Below are positions 53,630 through 64,000 of a stretch of 64,000 nucleotides of DNA, piece after piece. Position numbers and translations under genes: made by a program. The notes beneath the pieces were generated by a model, which did not search any database, was not told the origin of the DNA, and was given only the letters and a program-made list of their open reading frames with translations. The stretch comes from Eukaryota sp. GEM-RC1. Its lineage: Eukaryota. How positions within the stretch are numbered: position 1 is the stretch's first letter; each line of letters begins with the position of its first letter. The DNA is taken from NCBI GenBank assembly GCA_040285855.1, contig JAUFOQ010000017.1, positions 1,054,001 to 1,118,000 of the forward strand. The letters run 5' to 3'.

Positions 53630-54360
53630 CTACTTCTTCTCCTTCTTCGAGCCAACGCTTCTTCGAGTTCTCTTTGCTATATGTGTTTTACTAGGTTTAG
53701 CTTTGGATGAGGTTCTCTTTCTGGGACTCGAGGGAGGATTATTATTATTTTTCATAAACTCGACATAGGCTTTAGTATTTTTAATGCTAGAAGAAGCAAC
53801 TGTCGTGATATCACCGCCATACAGAACAGAACACATAAGTCCTTCATGTGAGTGGACCTGTTCCAACACTTGGATGATGACATGTTCTTCCTTATCACCT
53901 GATGCGACTTGTTGATGTATACCATGGTTAGATGGAAGGTTGGAGTTGTACAGCTCATATTGATGTACGCTGGCTTGGGAATCGACGCCAGATACAAGGT
54001 TCTTGATTTTCAAGGATGATGTTGAAGGGATCACGATGACCAGGAATGAGCCAGAGTGTTTGCCATGAAGCTTTGTAGCAGTCTTAGAGGATCTGAGGAT
54101 CAGATCGCCAATTTCAAAGGGATTTGATTTATTGGACTTAGGGGGTCTCTTTGACAATTGGTTGCTACTTGCTGATTCCTGCTTTTCCTTGATTCTCTCG
54201 TTTTTTCTTTGAAGATCTTCAATAAAAGGGATGCTTAAATTGGATGCTTCTAGAGCTTTGATTATGAGACTGGGATCTGCTTTAGGACCAAAAGAGGACC
54301 CAAACATGAGTTCGTAGGGAGTGTGTTCGGTGTAACGGTTCTTGGTAGCGTTAAGCTGGA
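53630..54360 (-). mobile_element. Ty3/gypsy integrase C-terminal fragment
   Basis: LNATKNRYTEHTPYELMFG, FEIGDLIL and KLHGKHSGSFLV (GPF/Y-like), followed by a chromo-like segment. Confidence 0.75.
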
Positions 54361-55990
54361 GTCTTTATAAATTTATCAAACGAACCAGAATTGTGAAAAT
54401 ATTAGTTCTTTTGAAGCGGCTGATATGTTCTCGTTTCTTCCAATAACTGTTTAATGATTGTATATAGCTTTCAATACATCCACATGAGGGTACTTCAATA
54501 TGAATATGGCATTAATGACCAAAATAAGGTCATTGGCAGTAGATATTGAACGTGATTTCCTTTTGTGCGAAGCTATCAAGTGGATGAGAAATAAAAAGGT
54601 GTCGCTGTTTTTGGTGTCGCAAAGATTTCTTTTTGCCAATAATTGAATAAAAGTAATGTTAATTTAGAAAAGATGAATAAGCTAGATGGTAAAACAACAA
54701 CAACAGTTTAAATTACTGAGAATACCTTACGGTAACGTAAGGTAAAGAATAATATTATTCTTGTTTGACTGTAGTGAGTTTACTATAATCTTGACAGAAA
54801 TCCTTCAAATACTACAGTAATGTCCATTTCCTTGAATGATTGCTCCTCTTCCATTGTTTTTGGTGAAGGGAAGAAGATTGTGAAATCTTGTCTTATAGAA
54901 CCTAGACATGTATCTGATCTTCTGATTCTATCTACTCCATCGATCTGGGTATTCACCTCTCTCACGTTACTTCTCGCCTCATAACTACCATCTCTGCTAT
55001 GAGTTCTACAATCCTTACAATCTCATCCTGCTCACTTATCAAATTGCTATGGATTACTTGGAGGAGTTATCATTCTCCACGATTCCAGTCTCAACGCGTC
55101 TTCTTCTTTCATCCATCATACTAGTGATGATACACTCTATGCTTTCTATTTCCAAAAGTCATCTGCCTCTGTTCATAACATCACTTATCACATCACTTCT
55201 ACTGACTATGGTGACCTCTTCTATGTGTGTTTCTCCCCTTTCTACGGCTCCTTCATCAACTCTTCCTACAGTCACACCACGCATGGTGATGTCGATTTCC
55301 TTGTCAAATATACTCTGCTCTTTGCTTTTGCTCAATTCCAGTTTCTCCTCTTTGATGCTGATTATATTCGATGTTTTTGGTCTTACACACTACATTATCC
55401 GTGTGTCTGATGTTTACCAGAGTACCATTGAGTTCTTCTAAGAAAACTACCAAATTAACTTATCTCAAAGAGTGTTTGCTGACGTTATCAACACGTGTCA
55501 GTAACACGTGTTTTCTACCTTTGGTCAGCTACTTCCCCGTATTACTCTGATGATGTGTATATTGTTAATCTCAGAATCATCTATACCAATTAGATTGATC
55601 ATGATCTCTTCTTGTTTCCATTTGACTTGTTTCAACGATGTTTTGAGTGATCACATCATCACACGTGTTTTGGGCGTGTTTAATTTTCGTTGTCTGCTTT
55701 TTTAATTTTTATTGGTGGAATAATCTGGTACCGTATCACACGTGTTTTTGATGGCTCTTTTTAGTATCACGTCACAATGTTTTGTACCCGGTTTAAAAAC
55801 ATGTTCTGGACCAGTTGGTGTCTTTACAGTCTAAGGTTTACATGGTCATCTTCTTTATGTAGTTCTATTCAGTGGAGAAAGAAATTTTCCACACTGAGAA
55901 TTTCACTATTTCACGAATTTCCATACATCATTCATATTTAGTTTTTTTATTTAGATTATTTTTAGTTCAGTTCGATTTAGCAAAAATCTC

Positions 55991-56266
55991 CTAGATCAGC
56001 GTTTGTATATCGTTGGAGTTTTGATATACGGGCCAGAGTTCCAGCCATATTGGGACAATTTCAAGGTTGGAGAGGATGGCTTTGACTATAGCTTTGTCAG
56101 ACAAGGCATCCATAGTTTTGTCGTTGTCTAGAAGAATTGCTTGTGTTCTCTGGAAAACGCGATGTAATCGTTTGATGAAATCGCCCCATCGTTCCTCTGG
56201 GTCGTTGATTGGCCAGTTCATTTTGACTTTGTTTAGCTCATTGAGCGCAAGAGTATGTAAACTGTG
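55991..56266 (-). mobile_element. Probable retrotransposon gag fragment
   Basis: Helical ORF fragment (MNWPINDPEERWGDFIKRL) co-oriented with the gypsy integrase remnant; the assignment is weak. Confidence 0.35.
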
Positions 56267-58817
56267 TGAAAGCTTGGATTATAATGTTCGACTTGGTATG
56301 GCCAAGAAAAAAAATCACACTTTGCAAATTTCTTAATGGATGTTCCTAATAGCTCTGCTTCATGTCTGATCACTCAAATCCCTCAAGTTTACGGTCATTT
56401 TCTTGATGATAACTGTTGGTCATTAAACATGCGTTTACGGTCATATATTTGGCCTGATAACCTTCCACATATTTTGAAATGCCAATGTAGGCAATGTGTA
56501 ACACCTACACATTTATTGAATTGTAACCGTTTTATTTCTTATAGAAGTAAGGTTCATGATTCAGTAAGGGATCAACTATATTGTATGTGTAAATCTTATG
56601 GAATAGTTTCCGTTTTAGAACCAGTTCTGGCTGGTTTGTTTGATGATACGGATGTTATCAAATCGTTTGGAAACAGCCGTGGTGATGTCATATTTCCTGG
56701 TCTTGATGGATCTTTCATTTATGCTGATGTTATGTCTATCGATGCTTGTAATGATTCCAACAAGAAACTTACTACATCTAATACTAAAAACCCCCTGTTG
56801 ATTGGTGAAAGTTTTTAAATGGAAAAATATTGTGATAAACTGAAATTATTGAATTCAGTTTCACACTCGCATTACTTCTTGTACTCTTTTGTATTTTCAC
56901 TGTACGGTTATTTAGGTGAATCTGCAATATCATTACTGGAAATCTTTGTGAAGATTGTAAACGAAAAAACATCTAGGACATTTGATCTTAGATTTTGGAA
57001 AAATTGAATTGTGTTTGCTATCTTTAAAGGTATGGTGACTTCTATATCTAGCGCTCTATTATCTCTTGGCAGACATTATGAAGATAATGTAGGTGAGAAT
57101 TTCCAGATAGGCAATCTGGACTTTGAGGATATTGATTATTAGATGTATGTAAACTATAGTGTTGTTGTCAATAAAAACCACGAAAAAAATGTTTATGAAA
57201 CTGAAGTATAGTTTTTGTATTTTGTAAAATCAACACACCTAAATTGCTTGTATTTAACAGCTGTGCTATTCCCTATCCATAATCAACACCTAGACTTAAT
57301 ACTAATGTAGAATATTAACATGGCTCCCAATCGAATCACAAGTACCCTTTCTACGTTGTATTGATTCTTTTTGGATTCACCTGTTACGCCTTCACTGTGT
57401 AGACTACACATGAGCCGTTTTTCACTCAACTGTTATTTTAAGTTTCCATTAGTAGTGCTTTTTTTGTTGTACAGTAACAAAAATTTCAATAATCTTCTAC
57501 TACTAGTAGTAGTTAATCTCAAATGCAAAATTAGAAAAATCAAGTAAAAGACACACTAAAAAGTGTAAGAAACGTTTCTTGTTTATTCCAATACATGACG
57601 GTCTCTTTGGTACAACAGCCACTCACTGGTCACTGTTAATCTGTGATATTGAAAACAAACAATACTTCTCTATTGACTCAATGTGTACAGAAGATCAACA
57701 ATCTCAGTTTTCTAACACTTTATCACGTATTGACAATGTCATTTCACAATTACAGCAATTCCTGTTTGATATGGCAAACTTCAGCTATATAGCTAGACGA
57801 CCAGTTCAACAAGTCCAAACTCTCAATGATTGTGGTCTATTTATTCTAATGTATATGAATAAATTTGTCGAGTGTGAATCAACATCAACAAATCTTTTCG
57901 AAATTCTGTCTAAAGTCTCTAATTGTGTTGCTTATAATGCATTAGAAATGAGAAAACAAATACTGTCTCAAATCGTTACTACTCACCCTGATGAAGATCA
58001 TCCTGAGGAATACCGACAATATGTATGTACTCATGCCCAAGGTATTTTAAATGAGTTTTATTCTGATGAGATTGAATCACCTGTTAATCAACCTGTACAG
58101 TGTCAATCTGAAAGTTTAACTCCTGAAACAATCGTAGATGATAGTAGTTACAAGGAAACGGTGTCAAAGCTCACTTATCAACACTTTCTCATAAGTTTAC
58201 CTGGAAATTTATCTAACCGGAAAAGAAGCGTCTTTTGAAGTTAAAAATGATTGAACAAGCGCTGGAAGAAGCTAAAGAATTATTTCAAGAAAGTTATCAT
58301 AACTTTAGTCGTCCAGAGTTGACAGATCTTCCAGAAATAAATTTACCAACTCCAATAATAAATGTTGCTGCTTGTGAGAAACCTGATACAACAGAAACAA
58401 CAGAAACAATTGAATCATCTGACACCACTGAAACAACAACAGCAACAGGAAATAGAAACACAACAGTTGCCAAAAGGAAAACCACCAAACCAAAAGCAAG
58501 TGGAGTATCAAATGCGACAAAGAGTTTGAAACCTCCTAAAAAACCAATGATTGAGTTTCTCAAACATTCCCAATTACCAAATAACTCTAATCATTGTTCA
58601 ATATTGTCTTTTGATATTGAAACTAGAGAAATTGATCAAATCCCTGCAGAAACACTTACAGAGGAGTTGGATGATCAAAGAAAGAACGAGAATGAATCTC
58701 TCAAAATGAAAAGTGATGCAGAAAAAGAAGTGTGGATTCAAAACCAACAAGTTTTTATGATTTCTGGAGTGTTTGGTCATTTTATAAAAGATCAATTTTA
58801 CCTTCAAGACAATTTTG
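56267..58817 (+). repeat. ~2.55-kb direct repeat, copy 2 (non-LTR 3' part, host promoter region, 5' part of the Fanzor element)
   Basis: Matches 45270-47819. Confidence 0.95.
57523..58238 (+). CDS. Ulp1/SENP-like (C48) cysteine protease domain, N-terminal part of the polyprotein
   Basis: FLFIPI...THWSLLICD...FSIDSM...QVQTLNDCGLFILMY: His, Asp, Gln and Cys catalytic residues are present. The start at ATG 57523 requires one extra A. Confidence 0.85.
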
Positions 58818-59335
58818 TTGCAACTTTAGAGTTGACTCATGAATCTGATGTTGAACTGCCACCTGATTGTAGAAACCTTCGAATTTTTGAAAACGAAAAA
58901 CAGTTACTAGAGTTTTTTGTCAACTATTTGAATGATAAAAATCCCTCAGTTTTAACTGGATTTAACATAACTGACTTCGATAATGTTGTTTTAGGCAACA
59001 GGATTGTTACACTTGGAGTCGACTTTCCAGAACCAATGATAGATGAAACAACTAAATCTCATTTTATCATCTCTATGGCAAAATGTTTGTTCTGAATGGA
59101 CTGGTAGAATTGTCTGTGATTCATACGTTTATGATAAGCAATTTATTGTTTCAAAATGTTCAAAGTCTTTAAGATCATTAAATTGGTTTTTATTAAACGA
59201 ATCTAAAGGACGTCTTCATGACGAATTTCACCACTTATTGCCTATTGATTGTGTTGTTGAAAGACCTCAAGAAGTTCTAAACTATTGCTTCAAAGATAGT
59301 GTAATAGCATTGAAGTTGTTTTTATTGTTTCAATC
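58595..59335 (+). CDS. Family-B DNA polymerase-type 3'-5' (DEDDy) exonuclease domain, middle of the polyprotein
   Basis: Exo I SILSFDIET, FENEKQLLEFF, Exo II LTGFNITDFD, GRIVCDSY and Exo III NYCFKDS; one frameshift near 59070. No polymerase palm motifs follow. Confidence 0.88.
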
Positions 59336-59349
59336 AAATAAAATCGTTC

Positions 59350-61468
59350 GTCCAACTTTTGTAACACATAAAACTACTCTAAAGTCTATTGTCAAACATT
59401 TTGGATTAACGTTACTACTCGATTATTATGCTCAATTGGTTCACAAACTTAGAATGCACACTTCCTATTGTTTGAAGCTGTTTTTATTACACATGGATAA
59501 GAATGGTGAAAAATTACCTTTAATTACAAGGAAAGAAGTAGAACATATTCAAACTCTGTTAAGAAACATCTCTGCTGAACATCATGAGATTGAATTATTT
59601 AATCGAGGACGACCTCCTAAATTTAATGAACACTTGAAAAACTTTGTTTCAGAAGAATACAAACAAGTAATGCTCAACAATGGAGGAACTCCACTCTTTC
59701 CAGCTGCTCATTCCTCACGGCTTATGGCAATGGTTGGTGAAACTATTAAATCGAATTTGGACACAAATATTAAAATGCGATATGCTCAATACATTGACAA
59801 ATTTATTAATGTTTATTTTCAAAAGACTGATCAAGAAGAAAAAATGTCAAAAAAAGAACAGTCTGTTTTTCGTTGGAGACTTAGACAAGTTAAAAATGTC
59901 TTTCTTGAAGGTAACAGAAATGACATTCCAAAAACCCCTGCAGAAATAAAACAATTTATTCCAAGATGTAATACAGAAATTCTTCAAGACGACAGTAATA
60001 GAAGTTTGAACATTGCAGGTAAAATTAAACTTCTATGGGCAACTAATGACTATGTTGAAGGATTGTTTAGAGATAAATATTTTATTGATGTTCTCTTCCC
60101 ACCATCAATTGATGTTCAAAATGCTAATGGTGTTTATAAAAAGAAAGTCGTTAAATCTCTACTAAAATCAGTTCGTGAACATCCCCAGTCCTTTATTAAA
60201 TCTGCGATTCAAATAAATAACTATCTTGAATGTGAAGGAGCAAGTGCTTACAATGTAATTCCTATTGTTCGTCACGTCACACCAGGTTTCTTTGAAATAG
60301 ACACACAAGGTCTTTGAGGAATATTACGTTCCACTTTGTCAACAAAACAAGTGAATGTCAAGAAGAAAATGTCTGATTGGAATACACAAACTGAAATTCA
60401 AAAATGTCTCCTGCTGAACAAAATCAATTCTGGTCCTACTTTTTCCCAACTTTAATCGTCCATTTATAAAGAAAGGTTATAAGTTTAACAATACCATTTA
60501 AACTGATGGTTTCTCTGCTTGTGTTGAACTTACCAGAGAGGACTGTGTGGGAATGTCCTTTAAACCAGACAGTGTAAAGTTCTCCAGTAAAGAAGAATAT
60601 GTTCAAGACTATGATGTTGAAGAGTTTTCATTGAAAACAAAAGTTTTTATTGATCCTGGAAAAACAGATTTACTCTATTTTTGTTCAGAGAAAGTAAATA
60701 GGCCATTTCCTGAACAAAAAGCCCGAGAAAGAAGAGACAAAGAAGACGAGTGGCTAAGATTGACAGAGACAGAATGGTCCAGATGGTCAAGGGTTCATCA
60801 AAAGTTTGGAAGGGGAAAGAAAAAAGAATTCATTCTCCAAGATGGAAAAACAGTTGAACAAGAAGAGTCAACATTATCCAAAGAAAATTCAAAATCGACT
60901 CTTTATGACACGTTCTATGACTATGTGAGTTCCAAACTTACAGTTATTGAATCAACATTTGATTACTACTGTTTGATGATATGGCGCATTCAAAAATGCA
61001 AAGATACGTCCATATTCAAAGAACAGAAAGTAAGTTGTTGAAAAATATGACTGCAAAAGGATGGAATAAAAATGACTGTGTATTGATGTTTGGTGACAAT
61101 GGTAATAAGACGCAGAACCTAAAACACCTCCGACCAAGTAGAGGTGTGATGTGGAGAAACTTCTTTAAGAGAAATGGTTTTAACATAGTTCTTGTAGACG
61201 AGAGTTACACGTCTTCAAAGTGTCCTACTTGTTGGAAGCCAGTTAAAGTGTTCAAAGAAATCAGTAATCCAAAACCATGGAAAGAGAGAAGAAACCTCTG
61301 GTAAAGTGTCACGCTTTGTTGAGATGCAAGTCCCAAGAATGTAGAGAAGAATGTCATGGTAGCGCCAAGATTTGGAATCGTAACAAGTTAGCATGTATCA
61401 ACATCAAGACCATTGTGGAGCATCATTTGGAGCGGGGTCTAGGAGTTAGACCCAGTTATTTGTCATAG
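59350..61468 (+). pseudogene. Fanzor1 (eukaryotic TnpB homolog), C-terminal part of the polyprotein; disrupted in this copy
   Basis: KTTLKSIV...LKLFLL N-terminus, GYKFNNTI*TDGFS, RuvC-I FIDPGKTDL, MFGD plus relocated Glu in VDESYTSSKCPTC, HALLRC...C, RuvC-III WNRNKLACINI and terminal RPSYL. Stops at 60315 and 60499 plus several frameshifts. Confidence 0.9.
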
Positions 61469-61557
61469 TCATAGTCATAGTCATAGTCTTAATTTACTAC
61501 AGTGAATCTGTAGCATTGTTGAATCTTCGGAATTCATGAACCAATCCTCTACAATAT
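61469..61557 (+). ncRNA. Candidate Fanzor omegaRNA (scaffold to ~61537, flank-derived guide after it)
   Basis: Lies between the Fanzor stop and the right junction; hairpin CTACAG-tgaat-CTGTAG, hairpin TGAATC-TTCG-G(A)ATTCA, ending TTCA(T). Expression is not shown. Confidence 0.55.
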
Positions 61558-62921
61558 CTGGGTCTCCAGCAAGTACTTTAGACATCATTCTCAATAAACC
61601 AGGTTTCTCTGACCAAATTCTTCTATTCAAAGGTTCAGATATCCCAGTCAACACCTTTGTATTGGCAGTACATTCCAACTTCTTCCACCGTCTCTGGTTT
61701 GAAAGTCCATCTGTTGAGAAGAGAGAAAATCCCTTCGATCTTTCATACCTTGACGTAGATCTCACTTCCCTTTCTCATGTTATCCACTACTTGTATGGAA
61801 TCGGTGTCCCTTTTGTGAAGCTAACATCTATCAACTTCTCTTTCTAGCCAAGTACTTTGAGATTCCAAACTTGATTTCCAGAATATCATCACTTGTACCT
61901 CTTTCTTTCAAGGAATGGCCACTTTTCCTCAAGTTTTTGGCAGAAGCCGATGAAAACAATGATGAATCCGCCATTGAATTTGTTGGCCGTTATCTTTCTT
62001 CTCTTGCTGAGATAGATTTGGACAAGTTACCATCACTACGTAATCAAACTTTAATATCACTTAATGAATGTTGTAAATCCAAGGCATCACAGTCTTGGTT
62101 CCTCAAAACAATGGTGAATTCTTATTTAAAGCAAAGAATCAGTTTAGATCAAATTTCAAAACTTCTTCAAAATGCATGTATTAATTTAATTCCAACGTTA
62201 GATCTTGAGAATTGTCTCGACGAACTTCAGGATTACACTGAACTAAAACCAATCTTGAGCGAATTTCATTTTTCAAGGATAAGACCGCTGATTATTCAGC
62301 GATTACAATCCTGCCAAATTCTCAGTCGTCTTTAGTTCGAGAACGACAGGCGATCCCCAGGGAAACACATGAGAACAGTACAATTGTACCACCTCCAGTC
62401 AAAAAAAGCAAAAGTAGCGGAGTCTGACAGTACAGATTCTAGTTCAATTTTGTTTTCACATAAGTTCCACCATTTAGAATTACAGATTTCTGAAGATCAA
62501 AAGAAACTCCTGTTTACTGGCACTAATCGCCCAAAGTTTTGCCAAGGTAACAAACCCTTGTTACCAGGAGTTGTGTACAAGTGGGTGATTACTTTTCGTT
62601 GTTCAAATACCTCTCGACTCACTATTGGAGTTGTTCCAAGATCAAAGTTTACTTCTAATACTGGTAGTGTTCCGTTGAAGGATTCCTTTTCTATTTCTGC
62701 CCCAAGGAAAACTTATGGCGGTCTTACCGGAGTTTGTGCACAAATGAAAAAAACGAAGTGCTGGAGGTTATTGCAGATATGATTGAACTAAAGCTCACCA
62801 TACGATCACTTGGTAGGTCAAAGATTAAACTGTCAGGATCACTACCACAGTTAAATTCTGGCGACTCGTATGTTCCTTTTTTAGACTCTCTGCTGTAGGA
62901 CAATGTTTGTCTCTTTCTTAA
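61536..62921 (+). CDS. BTB-SPRY protein, paralog B; frameshifted
   Basis: Colinear homolog of 42179-43561. Confidence 0.8.
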
Positions 62922-64000
62922 GTAAATAATATCGTTAAATAGTCCTTGGTGGACATCTTCTCTTTTCTCAATAAGTATTGGTTAGTTTTGTATAAGAATG
63001 CTGATTCTCTTATTTTATTCGTATTTGATTCTATTTTTTCTAATTGTCACTTATAAGACGCAATGCATGGTTGTTGAATCTAAGTCTCAATTTCTTTACA
63101 TCTATGCTCCAATCTACTGCTCCAATTTTTTGTGAAATGAAATAGTGCGTCTTTTGAATTCTACTTATCTAAAATTTGCGTTCATATCGTTCATACCTAA
63201 AATTACAGTCTTATTAGTTTTTTAAAGCTAACTTACCATCTTTGAATATGAACACACAAACACCTTTTCAAAAAAGTTCGTGTAGTTACATCAATTGACG
63301 ACTCTGTCGATCCTAATGTTGCTGGTGTAAGCAAAAAAGTAGTGGTGTAAAGACTGTAATGGTAATGGATTGCACCACTTTAATTAGTACTTTAATTAGA
63401 AGCATGACACTAGAAATTATGAGTGTTGGTCGTATATTTCGATTCCATTAGCAGTGATTTCGAATGCCACATTGACATTTTGTAAGTACTAAACTTTTGG
63501 AAATCAATTAAAGTAGGTTGATATTTTTTCTTTTACCGTACTGTTGAGTTTAATGGAGAAACTTGCAAGTGTTCTATAGTGGGAGTCTATAGAAGTCTCA
63601 AGATTGTTCATGTCTCATTGTTGATTCAGTTTGTTGTATAAAGTATAATATCTCTCCAAGCTTGTTGTGATTCTTCGTTTACATCTGAAGGTATTGGCAC
63701 TTCAGGAACACATTTATGCATAAAACAAGTAAACTTTAGTGACGTATGTTGTTCACTCTGACACAATGAAGTATGTGGATCTATAATCTACTGTAATCAA
63801 TCAAAGATTTGGATTTCATCAAATTACAATACTCGTCACCAAAAACGAATCAAATTTGATTGTCAAATAACATCATTACATTGATATGTTCAACTCTGCA
63901 GTTTCTTCATTGGGACAAACTGAATCAAAAGATCAGAGTGTTGATTGGTGAAGCCAACACAAAAGTTTTGTTACAAAGAATATGAAGAAAATTTTCCTGG

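Larger units (their letters stand above)
57518..61535 (+). mobile_element. Fanzor1-bearing insertion element at the ATG of BTB-SPRY paralog B
   Basis: Homology to the paralog A upstream region runs to ...GTTA(AT) at 57517 and resumes at (AT)GAACC at 61536. AT is present at both junctions; no TIRs or transposase are seen. Confidence 0.85.

Noticed and set aside
57523..59335. Polinton/Maverick or viral insertion suggested by protease plus PolB similarity
   Set aside because: No polymerase domain, integrase, packaging ATPase, capsid or TIRs; the exonuclease runs directly into Fanzor.
60315..60501. Stop-codon reassignment as an explanation for in-frame TGA and TAA in Fanzor
   Set aside because: TAA, TAG and TGA all terminate host genes here, and long host ORFs are open under the standard code.

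Overview
AT-rich, gene-dense genomic DNA from a unicellular eukaryote: one clear 29-nt GT-AG intron, very short intergenic gaps, and BTB, LRR and kinase family genes. Most long genes are split by single-base indels, largely at homopolymers, which suggests an unpolished long-read assembly. Host genes include a double-BTB protein, a Dicer/RIG-I-type helicase with a dsRBD, a Ser/Thr kinase fused to a histidine-kinase ATPase, a calmodulin-like protein, an RI-type LRR protein, a degenerate dynein heavy chain-like protein, NAXD, a CCCH zinc-finger protein, a pseudokinase-C2 protein and two paralogous BTB-SPRY genes. Mobile DNA is abundant: a complete hAT transposon, hAT-type MITEs, a MULE derivative, RLE-type non-LTR retrotransposon fragments and gypsy remnants. 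The standout is a ~4.0-kb insertion (57518-61535) placed exactly at the start codon of one BTB-SPRY paralog. It encodes an apparent single polyprotein of Ulp1/C48 cysteine protease, family-B DNA polymerase 3'-5' exonuclease and Fanzor1 (TnpB-like RuvC) nuclease, and ends in a compact structured right end resembling an omegaRNA scaffold. This copy carries two in-frame stops and a RuvC-III Asp->Asn change, so it is probably decaying; its 5' part is duplicated at 46520-47819. All assignments come from motif recognition by eye; no database searches were run.
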